DNA of 63,161 nt, filler included, from Octopus bimaculoides (GCF_001194135.2; 3 parts of 3 records of this genome joined end to end with filler, not necessarily neighbours in it); one strand, 5' to 3'. Numbered from the whole stretch's first letter, positions 38,844-52,256 are shown. The notes: generated by a model from the letters alone, not told the origin. A program made the numbers and translations.

Positions 38844-39350
38844 TAGTTCTATTTTTATAGCGTGCTTTCATTTCACTACCAAGCGCAGCTCTGTGTGCCT
38901 TGGGTATGTACTGTGATGCGCTTATGGTTACTCTATTGAAAGTGTTTTGCGTAGGATGTGTGCAATGCCCAGTTGTGCAAATTTCTGTATGTTATATATA
39001 CTTGTAAGTACTGGTGTTTATTTTATGTATTTGTCTGAATATTTTTTTATTATACCTAAGGCACCTACTATGATAGGAATTGTTTCTGTTCTTAGATTCC
39101 ACATTCGAGTTACCTCAATTTCCAGGTCTTTGTATTTTGAAAGTTTCTCCATTTCTTTTAGAGAAACGTTGTCATCTGCTGGTATTGATACATCAATTAG
39201 AAACAATTTTTTTCTTCATGATCTCTGACAACTATATCTAGCCTATTGGCCTTAATTTCTCTGTCTGTGTGTATTGGCCTATCCCAGAGTATGGTTGCTT
39301 TCTCGTTTTCTGTGACATTTTAGAGCATTTTAGCTCTTATTTCTAGTAAT
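38840..39350 (-). mobile_element. Dong/R4-clade LINE 3' end (same subfamily as 1830-2192)
   Basis: ILWDRPIHTDREIKANRLDIVV..FLIDVSIPADDNVSLKEMEKLSKYKDLEIE (PD-D REL motif); 3' UTR homologous to 1830-1915; (TAA)n tail at 38790-38839. Confidence 0.88.
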
Positions 39351-39450
39351 GTAGGTGTTTCTAACACCCTGGTCACATTTAGTGACGATCATAGTTTTCG
39401 TTCTTGGTGAAACATTGCAAACTGTTGTCTACACTGATTTCCTATATATG

Positions 39451-39516
<66 letters not shown>

Positions 39517-39708
39517 TACACACACACACACACACCACACATACACACACGCACACACACAAGGCAGAAGTAAATAAACACTCCATAAACATCTTTTTAT
39601 GTTTATTCTAACTTGTAAAGGTTTATACTTTTTATTAATTGACATTTTTATGTTTCAAGTTCTATATGTGAGAATTTAATCATGCCATGTACAAAATAAC
39701 TCTTAGGG

Positions 39709-40070
39709 TTGTCTGAATTTCAAAGAGGCTGTATTGTGGGTCATTCTGCGTAGAATCGCAGGAAACATCGGGCTCCCGCTTTCTACTGTTAATAGAGTGA
39801 TTGGGCAATGCACCAGAGAGGGGAAGGAGTCTACATCACCTCGCCCAGATCAACCAGGGCCTTCTGACAGGACCCTTCTCTTTGCTAAGAGTAGTGTGGA
39901 GGATAATCCTCGTTGCAAGGCCTCTCACATAACAGAACCAGTTGCTGTCAGTCCCAGAACAGCTGTCAGGTATCTCCACAAACTTGGTTACTGTGGCAGA
40001 GCAGCAAGATGGAAGCCATTTGTTCGACCAGCTAACATCAAGCGGAGAAAGGATTGGGCCATATATGCAT
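39709..40070 (+). mobile_element. Tc1-family transposase 5' fragment (HTH domains)
   Basis: LSEFQRGCIVG..RRIAGNIGLPLSTVNRVI..RTAVRYLHKLGYCGRAARWKPFVRPANIKRRKDWA. Confidence 0.82.
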
Positions 40071-41357
40071 ACTTATATGCATACAAACATATGTATATGT
40101 GTGCGTATGTGTGTGCGTTTATGTGTGCGCGCGTACCACTGTATTTATATATTATATTCAATGTCGGTTCGTAATTTTCTACTTATTTGAGTGTATGCAT
40201 TAACAAAAGTATGTACAAAAGGTACAAAAATTCTGTATCCGGTGAACTTGGTTTTAATATTCTCTATTATCGAATTCCTCTAGATATNNNNNNNNNNNNN
40301 NNNNNNNNNNTATATATATTTACAATGGCCGTGTATAATATTGTTATACTTTTGCTTGCCTATTTCTAATTCTTTTCAGATTGATCATATACATTTTCGC
40401 TCATCTTTTACACCAAAAACGTAGATGTCTTTCTGATAAATAGATATCACACCTCTGAGCAATTTTTATTTTCCTTGTAAGTGTAAAATTTAGAATTGAG
40501 TAAGTTTCTTAAAATGAAATTTCAATATATCTGCAATTTTAATCACAGAAATTATTACCTTTTTATTAATAGTACTTTGAACTTAGTTACAAGGCCAATT
40601 TCCGATGCTTTCACTCTTTGGAGTATGCATTATATTTGTATATATTGTTTAAGTATTATATTGATTATAGAAAACCAAAACTCGAAGGAAAGTAGAAAAA
40701 CGGTTTGTAATATTTCAAATTAATTACTTTTAAATGGAGTGCTTGCAGGGTTTAGTATGTGTAGTTGAATTTAAAATGTTGATGCAATATGTGAAGCTGA
40801 GTGAGATAGCTTGATGCAGTAACCGTTAAAATTCTAATTGATATTCATAATTTCAGACTAATTATTTTTTTATAATCTTGAGTAATGGTCGTCACAAACG
40901 CCTGAGTTTTCTTTTAGGAAGGAAATTTCTCTGTTATTGCAATCAATGAAAAATCAGTATTGAGAACAAAGAACTACATATTTCAAGAGAAGAGTAAAAG
41001 TAAATAAATATCAATAGGTTACGCAAGCCAGATATATCTAAGGTTATAATAAGCGTCACGGTAAATAGTATGAAGATTTTTAAATCATTGATAATAATTT
41101 ATCAAGTTTCTGGGAGCTTTGCTTCTCAAAAAAGGCTCAATCGTTGGAGTCCGTCAATTTATGACAAAAATAAATATCAGAAGAGACACATCCAGTCATC
41201 TTTGAAAAAAGCATTTAGTTAGAATGTTTCTGATCCAAATACTGTCCCATTGGTCGGGCCTATTGCTGGATAATGACAATAAAATCTCATTTTCAACACT
41301 CTTTCTCATATCCGTGTATGATTTATTCTGGTATTAGGATTGCCACCATAGCCTCAC

Positions 41358-42001
41358 CTTAGATACCACTAACAGCAGCTGCAGTAACAAGAAGAGAAAC
41401 AAAACCAAGAGTAAAATAAATGCCGATGAAAGAAATATCAACAAATGTATCAACGCAGTTAGCAGAGTCGTAAAATATCACGGCGTTTTAAGTTCAAATC
41501 ATACTCAGATCAACATTGCGTTTTATCGGTTCAGCATTCATCAAAGGAAGAACCATTCTTGTACGAGGGATTAACTAATTTGTTAGAGCATCGGATAAAA
41601 TATCTTGCGGTGTTAGTTACTGTCCTTTGTGTTCTGAATTTCGGGTGAAATATTGGATATCTTACTGTTACTGCGCCGCCACTATCTTGTCCTTTTTATT
41701 TTTAGCGGAACACATGTTGTTGCAAGCAATGTACTATGTCGTAGGTTTTTAAAAATTCCTTCCTCTTACCATTCCAGATGATCTGAAAAAGTTGATCAGA
41801 AAATGATGGTCGCTGTCCTTGCATCATCTCTGATTATAAAACGTCAGTGAAAGGCATCACTTTTGCAATAAATACAAACTTTTGGAATGAACATTATCTG
41901 GTCTCCGAGGAAGAGAAACAAAGAATAAAAAAGAAATATATTGTGAAACATAGTTTGGTTTTCCTTCTGAAGAAAACACCATTACTTACATTTCCAGCAA
42001 C
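41358..42001 (-). other. Candidate micro-exon cluster of an unidentified host gene (41990-42001, 41770-41782, 41358-41378)
   Basis: ttcttattttcag|GTTGCTGGAAAT|gtaagt; caactttttcag|ATCATCTGGAATG|gtaaga; tctcttcttgttactgcag|CTGCTGTTAGTGGTATCTAAG|gtgagg; no transcript evidence available. Confidence 0.4.
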
Positions 42002-42430
42002 CTGAAAATAAGAAAAATTAAAAACTTAATAAAAGCCCATTCGCAAAAAGTATTCAGGGTAGCACATTTCCATAGAAAAAACTGGTAGCATTGTATTACA
42101 ATGAAGACGCAAGAAAGAAAACAATCGCCAACAAATGTGCCTTAAAGGAATATGATCTGCTCCTTCTTCACTTGAAGCAGTAAGATGATTAAATATGGGA
42201 ATACAGAACGTGGAACAATCACTGTCAATGAACTTATTTTTATATGTTATGTACGATTTTACATTAAAAACGCAAATGAATACATGAGATTCTACGCCTC
42301 GATTCTTTCTCAAGAGAGGAAAATGAACAGCCAGGATCACTCATCTCCTGAAAAGTGGAAGAACTAACATACTGAAAGGCGAAGACGCACGTGAGAGATG
42401 ATACAAGGGCATGAAAATCAGCTCCTTTCT

Positions 42431-42445
42431 ATGATGTTGATGCTG

Positions 42446-42531
<86 letters not shown>

Positions 42532-42618
42532 AAAATAATAATAATAAATACTAATAATAATAATAACAATAATAATGATGAAGATAATGAAAATATTAAC
42601 AATAACAATAACAATAAC

Positions 42619-42691
<73 letters not shown>

Positions 42692-42709
42692 AATAACAAT
42701 AACAATAAC

Positions 42710-42762
<53 letters not shown>

Positions 42763-42781
42763 CAACAATNNNNNNNNNNNN

Positions 42782-42830
<49 letters not shown>
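42431..42830. repeat. (TAA)/(CAA) microsatellite array
   Basis: Direct observation. Confidence 0.95.
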
Positions 42831-42831
<1 letters not shown>

Positions 42832-43119
42832 GTGCCATTTGCTATCTCGTGAACAATATTTCGACATCTTGCGTGTCTTCCACTGGTTCAAAAAATAAAT
42901 TTGTCAATCTACTTCATTTTCGTTTATATAGAAAGGATTGAGGTAACTCCTCAATCCTTTCTATATAAACGAAAATGAAGTAGATTGACAAATTTATTTT
43001 TTGAACCAGTGGAAGACACGCAAGATGTCGAAATATTGTTCACGAGATAGCAAATGGCACTCTTCTTTTAATTTTGACTCTATATCTTCAGGAGGAGTTA
43101 CCTCAATCCTTTCTATATA
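42831..43119. repeat. Perfect 113-bp-arm hairpin of a 152-nt tandem unit embedded in (TAA)n
   Basis: 42831-42943 is the exact reverse complement of 42949-43061; loop TAACT; related copy at 49734-49871. Confidence 0.9.
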
Positions 43120-43175
43120 AAAAAAAATAATAATAATAATAAAAAAATAATAATAATAATAACAATAGCAATAAC

Positions 43176-43229
<54 letters not shown>

Positions 43230-43510
43230 GAGATGCCACGACAATATAGCCAGGCTTGTCCATTGGACACTTTGCAACAATTAGACTTGACAGAGCAAAA
43301 AATTGCTACGAGCACAAACCTGAAGGCATTGTCGAAAATACAAATGCAAAGATCCTATAGGATTTTATAATTCAGTGCGACCGTGAAATAGAGAATAGGA
43401 AACCAGACATAGTGTTAATTGAGAAAGAAGGCAAACGAAGCTGGATCATAGATATAGCATTCCCAGCTGACAAGGTATGCGGTAAAGAAGAAAGAAAATT
43501 AAAGAGAACG
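43230..43510 (+). mobile_element. Dong/R4-clade LINE REL fragment
   Basis: RCHDNIARLVHW..YEHKPEGIVEN..KIL.DFIIQCD.EIENRKPDIVLIEK..IIDIAFP; begins directly after (TAA)n. Confidence 0.85.
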
Positions 43511-43539
43511 TATTATATGAAAACCATACTTGACATCGA

Positions 43540-44850
43540 TACCACAATAGAAACTATCAAGTAAAAGGTATGTGCTAAAGCTGCCCACATAACAAGGTAT
43601 GAAAAGCGTGTTAGATTCTCCAAGGATAACAACATGTTTTAAAAAAAACGGAAAAATGTTTTACAGGAAGATAGGGAAACTACCAGTTACGGTAAAGTCT
43701 GTCCCATCAAAAGAAGAAGTGAAGGAATCTTGGAATAAAATTCGGGCAGAAGAAAAAGCACAATAAAAAGGTTCCTTGGACTGATAGAATATCTAATGAC
43801 ATAAACTTATTAGAAGAGAAAAAGTGGAAGGGTATAAAGTTAGAGGATGTAAGATTTGTTCTCAGGAGGTGAAGCAAATGGAAGTCTCCAGGAAAGGTTA
43901 ACATTTTCCAGTTCTGGTTGAATACCTTCCCAGAGAGTCGTGAGCTAACAAATCTTTACAACAATGTTGTGCAACAACTTAGTATGATTCCCTCTTGGCT
44001 AGGTAATGGTGTTGCATTCCTAATTTTAAAAAAAAATGAACAAAAATCTTATAGACCCATAAACTGCTTAACAACAATGTATAAAATACTAACATCTGTC
44101 TTGACTGAATATACCTATAAATTTTAATAGAAAGTGGTATATTCCTTAATGGGCCCTATGGTTGTAAATATCAGCTACTCATCGATAAGATGATCTTGGC
44201 CCAAACGAGACAAAATATTGTCGATAGCCTGGATAGATTATAAAAGCAGCTTTTGATAGTCTACCACACAGCTACATTAAGAAATGTCTGGAAATGTATA
44301 AAATAGCACCTAATCTGCGAAACTTCTTCTCTGAAAGTATGAGGTCATGGGGAACCACAATGACTTTGAACAGGGACAATGAATCGCTCAATTGATGACT
44401 GTCCCAATCGACATAAATGTATCTGTCATGACCTACCAAAAACTAAGCAAGTATAAAGATCTTAAAACAGAAGTTGGCAAAATGTGGAACTCAAGACTAA
44501 AACAATACCTGTTGTCATAGGTGCCCTAAGAATGTAAGATAGTAAAAGGGGTTATTTCCTACCTCGCCCAGATACCAGAAAACCCCCAAATTGCAGAAAT
44601 TCGAAAGATAGTGCTCATGGGAAGTGCACATATCCTACGTAAAATACTGTCTGTATAATCTCAAATTTTAAAAGAAACTTATAATTTTCTTGTTTGCTTA
44701 AACAATCTCTAGAACAATACTATGTGCAAAACCAAATATATGACACCCTAGGCATAACACCAACGTGAACTTCTAAATTGTTGTCTCTTCAGGTCTCTGG
44801 ATGAGACTTGGAGTCAACTTGTAGAAATACAAAGCAAAAGTCAAACATTC

Positions 44851-44900
<50 letters not shown>
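43540..44900 (+). mobile_element. Dong/R4-clade LINE with internal deletion (RT N-half joined to REL C-terminus, 3' UTR, TAA tail)
   Basis: KSYRPINCLTTMYKILT..QLLIDKMIL..AFDSLPH then directly QKLSKYKDLK.EVGKMW..IPVVIGAL..SAHILRKILS; (TAA)n from ~44850. Confidence 0.82.
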
Positions 44901-44902
<2 letters not shown>

Positions 44903-47900
44903 GTCAAGACGAAGAGCGCGATTCGATTGCATAGAATTGAAACAGACACAGGGATGCGGGGAAGGGTGGGGATGCATTTCTTCGCAAAAGGAATACATAT
45001 TCGAAACTAATAGCTAGTTTTTTTTTGTTATAAGATGTAGAACTATAAAACAAAAAGGAAATTGGGTGGGGGGAGCCTCTCAGTGACTCCTAAAAATCTG
45101 ATTTGCCGTCCTTCTATAATATTTAAGTGCAGTACTTTGTTTTGTTTTGAGCAGGCTGTATAAATGAACGTATCAGCTTGCAAACAAGGGCATTGCTGAA
45201 TAATTTTAGTTCATTCATAAATGTAATAACCGTAACTGAGACTTGCACACTTCGGCCTGAATTGATCGAAGTGATAGCATTGTTTCAAAAGTTTTGCAGC
45301 ATCTTAGATCTGGATGATGTGTTGGTGTTTCTGGATGTGAGCATCAATAAAAAGGCGTGCAATTGAGGCCGTGTAGCCTGATTCATCCAAACATTTCATC
45401 GTATTCATAAGATTATCCAGCTGCTTACTCATACTGGGCGATTAGAATATTATCTCACACGCACACGTGATTGCATGTGAGACCCTGACTGAAGATGAAC
45501 CATAAAAGACTTTCAAATCTGCTCAAACCGTTCCAGCTGTACTATCCACCACATCGTATATAGATTGAAAATTTGTACATTTCCTACTGGATGGCTACAC
45601 TGGTCACGTGCTTGATACCTGCACATAAGCAGCGATGTCAGGAAACACGGCGTTCGAAGGAGAGAAAGCTTAAATAGTCCGGATTAATGAGCTATTTCAT
45701 GTAAATTCATAAGATCAACAGCCGGTGGCTGGTCTCAATAACGAAAAAGCTTAGTAGTTAATCATATTTAGTGAGAACTTAGCTCTGATAACATTTGGAG
45801 AGTTTACTAGTTAACAATATATAGAGATGCAGCACGGAATTTTGTCAGTGAACAGGTGGCGATCTCAAAGCGACGAAAATATTTTGGTAAATTAAATTTA
45901 AACGTTTAAGTGAATCTAACGGTTTTTGGGTGTTTCTTAAATGGCTTATAAACACCTTCCACGCTGCAATTGGTTTCGTTCCAGCACACGATCTCAGATC
46001 AGGTCGCTTGCTATGCAAGTACATCCCAGTATAAAGAGGTTATTCTAAAATGAATCACATTTATCTAGTTAGCGGCTTGATTAACGTTCAGGCATTTTTC
46101 TTTGATGCGAAAAAAGCAGAATAGTCTTAGATGCGGAGGCCAAGAATAAAAGCTATTTGATTGACCTGAATACAGTGGGCCCTTTTTGCCACAAATTCAC
46201 ATCGCACTTTTTGACAGATGATATACGCTTAACTAGTTTATTTTCAAGGATAAATGAGCTGATGAACATGGGCTTCAATATTTCCATCGATGCTGCACCA
46301 AGATGGTCGCTAGAAGTTCTGCAAAAATCTATAAACGGCAGCTGAGATAGAGAGAGTAATTCATGAACGAACTCCCTGTGTTGCCGCGTGTGATGTTATA
46401 CTTCATTTCTTTATTAGTTACGAATAGTAACTTTTTCTTGTGTTCGGTAATTCGTATTTGTCAAATGTGGTTTCTAAAGGGATTAATAACCAAGGAAATA
46501 AGCTATTCCTGGAATTTATCATTCACTCAAGGCGAACATGGTATAACCATCTATGTTCCCTCAGGAGCAGTATGATCAGATATTTGTAAATAGCTATAAA
46601 TATTCATCGCAACAACTTGCATTTTAGTGTCAATAGAATCTTAGATGTACTTTGAGAATATACGTTTGCTGAAAGTGTTTAAAAGCAATTTGAATTTCTG
46701 TTATAAATTCCAGTTAGATAGACATTGCATGCAAATGATATAGTAGTAGCATGCATTAAACTAAAATTTCAGTAATGTAAGGAACATCTAACGGTCTGCA
46801 TAGACAAGGCTCAAATAATAAATTTCAGAAAATGACAACAGCTTTGCGAGTAGAGATCCTTGTCAGAGAAGAAATGAGAACTATCGTATTGAAATTTTAT
46901 AAATTAGTACGAAGAGTATAGGAAAGGTTTGTGATATGTGTGTGTGCGCGCGCGCATCTGTGTTTGTCTGTGTGTGTGTGATAGTGAAGGAGACAGAATG
47001 ATAAAGCGGAACGATAAAGGTGATTTAAAGAAAACAAAATAGATAACATCCTTTACAAATCGATATTAGTGTTCCTCTAGCGATGCTTTAATGATTCCTT
47101 ACAATTAGGTAAATATAAGGAGATTACTTAATGGATAAATTGACAGACTAGCTCTCGTATATTCCATTATTCCCTCCTGTATACATCCATTTAAAATTTA
47201 AATTCATCCAAAATGTGTAATGTAAATATTATACAGTTAGCATTCTTGCTGTTATGGTAGATTATTCGCAAAAGCTATTTATTGGAATGTATATAACTTC
47301 AAATACGCAGAACCATAATTGTATTTTATTTTGTATCTCCAGTGGCTGGGAATGCGTTCGTTACAGTTTATTGTAGCAACTCTGCTGTACCGCTGGCACG
47401 TTCATACTGGAGAATATAATTTAGATTAGGAAGAAGAAAGAAGTTTATAAGCATCATATAACACAGACTTCTTTATAATCTCCATAAAGCAGCAGTTCGT
47501 AATTTATCTCAAATTAAGCTAAATCACAATTACTGTCCAACTGGATTAAGTATTGTTTCGCTGATTCAAGTAATGTAACATTTATTCAATATATAACTTC
47601 CGGAATTCCTGCCTTTAAATTAACTATGTTTTCAATGCTGGAAATAAATCAAAATAAAGAGTATATTTTCTTTTGTTTGTCACTTTGGAATTCCTGATGA
47701 AGATTCGCTATATAAATTATTTGTTGATGTTTTAATAATAACTAATGGTGTCTTGCATCACCACGGTCAATGCAATAGAATATTCTAGATAGTTGCACGA
47801 CTTATGAAAATAACTACAAAATTTGTCCCTCATATTATATCCACTCATCATCCAAACAAATTAATTATATATCACTTGAAAGAATAAAGAGTGAGCGACC

Positions 47901-48439
47901 ACGGTTCTAATGCATTTGCTCAACGGTCTGCTCGAGGAAATAATTATTCTAATGAATTAATTACCATTATATTCTAGTTCTTATTTTATCGGATTGTAAG
48001 GTATGAAATGAAAAATCGACGTCATGGTGCTTTAGTTCAGCCCACAAATCGGTGTCAAAAAATACAGTTTATTAATTCATCTATAATCTCAGCCACTACT
48101 TCTTTTAATGAAAGAAATATGTGTTTCTAACATAAGCGCATGATCAATATTTGTGAAGCTCAGTACTTGACTGGTATTTGTTTTATCAAGTCCAGCATGA
48201 AGAAACGCAAAGAGAACCGAGCTAATTTTAACTCTGTATGTTGACAGCTTAAACTAAATACAGCAAAGCATCTTGTCCGACGGTCTAACAATACTACTAA
48301 ATCACAACCCTTCGGTATAGGTATATTATAGAAGAGAAGATATTGTTAATGAAGCTTCAAGGCATAAGATTTCTACAATATGAGATTGTACCTATCGCTA
48401 TATTTCGGTTAGAACCGGCTGATATTTTAGACTTAATGG

Positions 48440-48490
<51 letters not shown>

Positions 48491-49663
48491 TATCATCATC
48501 ACCACCACCACTACCACCACTACCAACAACAACAACAACTAAACAGTCTTGCTAAAAATTAGAAATGACGCTTCTTAAATCATGTGAGACTGGATTGAAA
48601 GAACGTCTATGCTAGCGTGCGGAAAGTAATTTGCACGAAAGTCGTATACTAATTTCAATCATAGAAGACGGGCAATAGAATTGCTCGGCTAAATTTTTTC
48701 TTGTGTTTTCTTTGTCTTCATTTGAATATTTCATCGCGTTTGAAGAATTAAAATGTTTTCATGACACTCATAAAAAATTCATAAAAAATTTTCCTATAGT
48801 CCATATATGAGACTTCTAGGAAATATTTCCGGCATTTGAGACGCATATGCTGGATTTTAAATAATGACATCTAAGTTATTACGTTTATACTTTATTCATT
48901 TCGTAATGTTACCCCAGAATTAACTAACAAACCTTGGCATTGTAACTCGGTCTGCAAGAAATTGCACCCAATCCTGGATACACTGTCTGATAAAGACAAG
49001 ATAGTCATGGGTGGAACATTTTCAATCATAGAGCCGTTCGGCAAAAACTGGGATGCGCCTAAAGAAAGACAACTAGTATTTAATGAGTGCATTGTGTGCT
49101 AGCCGTCAAAGTAATATTTCCATTCATTAAATAAATACTGCGTTAAAATTCTCATAGAAAAATGGAATAAACATTTGAAAGATTAAGACAGCAATCGTAT
49201 AAATTGTTTTCTTTGGCATCAGATCAGTAAATCGGCATTTGTTGCTGATCAATTCCTGCATTAAAAAAATGTTTAATTGCGATTTATACCATTGACGTTT
49301 ATGCGTCAAAGAAGCAGCATACAGTGTTAGTGAAGCAGGTTATAAAGGCAGAGAATGGAATCCACTGCAAAAACTAATGTATTGGACAGGATGAAAGTTG
49401 TGAAATTTACAGAGCATCTGCCGACAGTATTCAAATGACATTCTTTTCCTCTTAAACGTATGAAATACATTTATACGTTGTGTTGAATTGCCTTTTATAT
49501 TACTAGAAATGATTTGATGCATCACGTCTTTTTAAATCATGCATTCATATTGTCATAGCAATGTCATATGTTCGCGACATGTCATTTGTATGTTCTTTTT
49601 AAGTATGTATGGACTTGTGTGGCCAGTAAATTATTATTATCATTATTATTATTATTATTATTA

Positions 49664-49733
<70 letters not shown>

Positions 49734-49734
<1 letters not shown>

Positions 49735-49871
49735 ATAGAAAGGATTGAGGTAACTCCTCCTGAAGATATAGAGTCAAAATTAAAAGAAGAGTGCCATTTG
49801 CTATCTTGTGAACAATATTTCGACATATCACAAGATAGCAAATGGCACTCTTCTTTTAATTTTGACTCTAT
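49734..49871. repeat. Second copy of the 152-nt unit, folded back as a perfect 44-bp hairpin, in an (ATT)/(GTT) array
   Basis: 49768-49811 is the exact reverse complement of 49828-49871; one substitution versus the 42.8-kb copy before the fold point. Confidence 0.9.
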
Positions 49872-49887
49872 TATTATTATTATTATT

Positions 49888-49950
<63 letters not shown>

Positions 49951-50749
49951 ATTGTTATTATTATTATCATTTCAAAGTACAGTATTGATACTTACTTTGC
50001 TGCTTTTTCCTCGTGTCGAGTGCTAAGGTTTGAAATAATTTCGTACACAGAAAAGATATATTTTTAACAATATGCTGTTCCAAGGGCGCACTCGCATGTA
50101 GATCTTGATCAACCTTAGCATGATAGTTGTGGAAGAGCTGAACCTAATGCTTCTCCAGGAATACTTACTTCTAAAACGTTGCTACCATAAACTTTTCACC
50201 ACTCTATACTGTATCCAGTATACAGACTCGTCCGAAACCATTACGAGACTACGACCACAATAAAACCAAAACAACCAAGTACAAGTGACTGCAACTGCTT
50301 CACTTCAACACGACAAAGTCCTTTTGAAGTCCAGCTGTCTCAATAAAGCATTGTTTGCAAGTACAACGTCAAAACTAACTCGCCTAACAAAGTGTACATT
50401 AGACCACACTGCCAAGGATTTTTAGATCAGCATATAAGTAGTATTCCTGTACATGCGGAGAAAAAATATATGACACGGCCCTCCAGTCACATATAATAAC
50501 AATACGAACCTCATGCTCCATATAAGCAACCTGACCCTGCTTTGGCAGTCGCAAACTTTGCAATATATGGATAGAGGAAAATATCGTTATAGCATACCAT
50601 CACAAGACATTGAAGAGCTATCTCAGCAACAAAGTCCTGAGGATAGGTAGCATTTTAGCCTTATACATGCTAATACAATTAGTATTACACTTGCAATACG
50701 CTAAAAATACATAAGGCTAACAATACGTCTGTTACAGACTAAAACACAT

Positions 50750-51050
50750 TGGATGATGATGAGCGTATCATCATCGGTTTTATCTTATATCCGAGAATTT
50801 AGTTTCTTCTTTGTTGAACGCTTCCTTTATGGGGATGTCGTTCATGACTTTGTAGACCAATTCTTGCATAGAAGAGCCAATGGCATTGACTGCATGGTAA
50901 TGTTGGAGGACGACGCTGAATTTGTCAAATATTTCTCTCCTGTCATTTGATTTCTTCCTTTTCTTTTCTGGTGGCTTCGAAGACTTTGGCTCCTATGATG
51001 ATGGAACACCGCCATTTGGTACGTTCTCGGGCATGGGTTTCAAAAAATAC
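50750..51050 (-). mobile_element. RTE-BovB-type LINE 3' end
   Basis: ARERTKWRCSII.GAKVFEATRKEK..PCSQCHWLFYARIGLQSHERH (BovB-type C-terminal C2H2). Confidence 0.75.
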
Positions 51051-52256
51051 AGGCTCAATTCCAGTGGCGCATAATACACTATTATCGCTGCAATCAACCG
51101 CATGCTCAAATACAGTAAGAATACGGATCCATACACGTTCACAGACAAAAAATAGCTACAAAATTCCTGTCCACAGCCCTACATAAATAGAACATCCGAT
51201 GGCTCACTGACAACTCAATAGAAGACAAGCAGAAATACTGAGCATCCTTTCTCCTCTTCATGCGTACGTATTAATACATTAATACAGAAGACAATACTTG
51301 TATACACACTTACAACTACAGACAATAACACACACGAAGTTGTCTTTTAGGACAATTTATGTTATAACACAATATACACAGAGCAAAAATACACACACAT
51401 ACTCACACACCTCTCCGTCACTACCTTTCCAACAAACATCCACAACAAAAATAAATAAATGCAGAAATTATTTATTTGTTTGGGTTATGGTTAAATCCAC
51501 TTTACACACATAAATACAAACAATTTCTTCAATGCAAATTATATTATTACATATTAGAGGGATGCGTGAATATTTCACGGAATTAATGATAAATCTATTG
51601 GGTTATCCCTGAAACCTTTATCCGAAAAATCTGAAAGTGTTGCCTTCGTCATGTCTGTAGGGAAAGATAGTTGCACATCTGCTATTCATTGAAAAGTGAA
51701 AGAAATTGGAATATGATTATTACTTAATGCACTTTATATATACACTTTATATATTTTATCTACGATTTTATAAACTTATTACACAGCACTCACAAAATAA
51801 ATATTCACTCTTATTTTTCCATTTTCCCTATAAACAAAAAAATATATCTCGTACTTATAGTACAACCTTCAGTTAAGTTGCATATATCTGTCACGTAAAT
51901 AAGCGAGAATATTTCACGGAATTTCACTTATGCGCATGTGTTAACTGGTAGATGATATAAAAAAAACTTACTGGAGACGCGAATGTATGATACTGGATGG
52001 CTCTAATAAGTGGTCAGTCACTCTTAACTACTGAGCAGATGTCGCTGTACTTTGCAAAAATCGAACTGTGGAAAACGGTAATAAAGCCAGTAGCCGTGAA
52101 GGTAACTTCTAAATATTGGTGGTCAACACTATCAAACGTTTTGGATTGATTTAACTTGATCAGGATCCCCACCTATGTCAGGCTCCTTCCCCATCCTATC
52201 TGTGATATGTCGCATGAGATGGAGATTGTCGTAAATAGATGTGCCAGAGATAGTAA

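Noticed and set aside
43040-43092. Hammerhead in the 152-nt unit (CTGAAGA...GAAC-AATATT-TC on the minus strand)
   Set aside because: It lacks a canonical GAAA and GUH pairing and stem II is unconvincing; kept only as a hypothesis.
47686-47720. CTGATGA motif
   Set aside because: No stem II or GAAA downstream.
48875-49101. ATG-less open frame with NKPWHC (LRR C-cap-like)
   Set aside because: The remaining LRRCT cysteines are absent, there is no donor support, and one short motif is insufficient.
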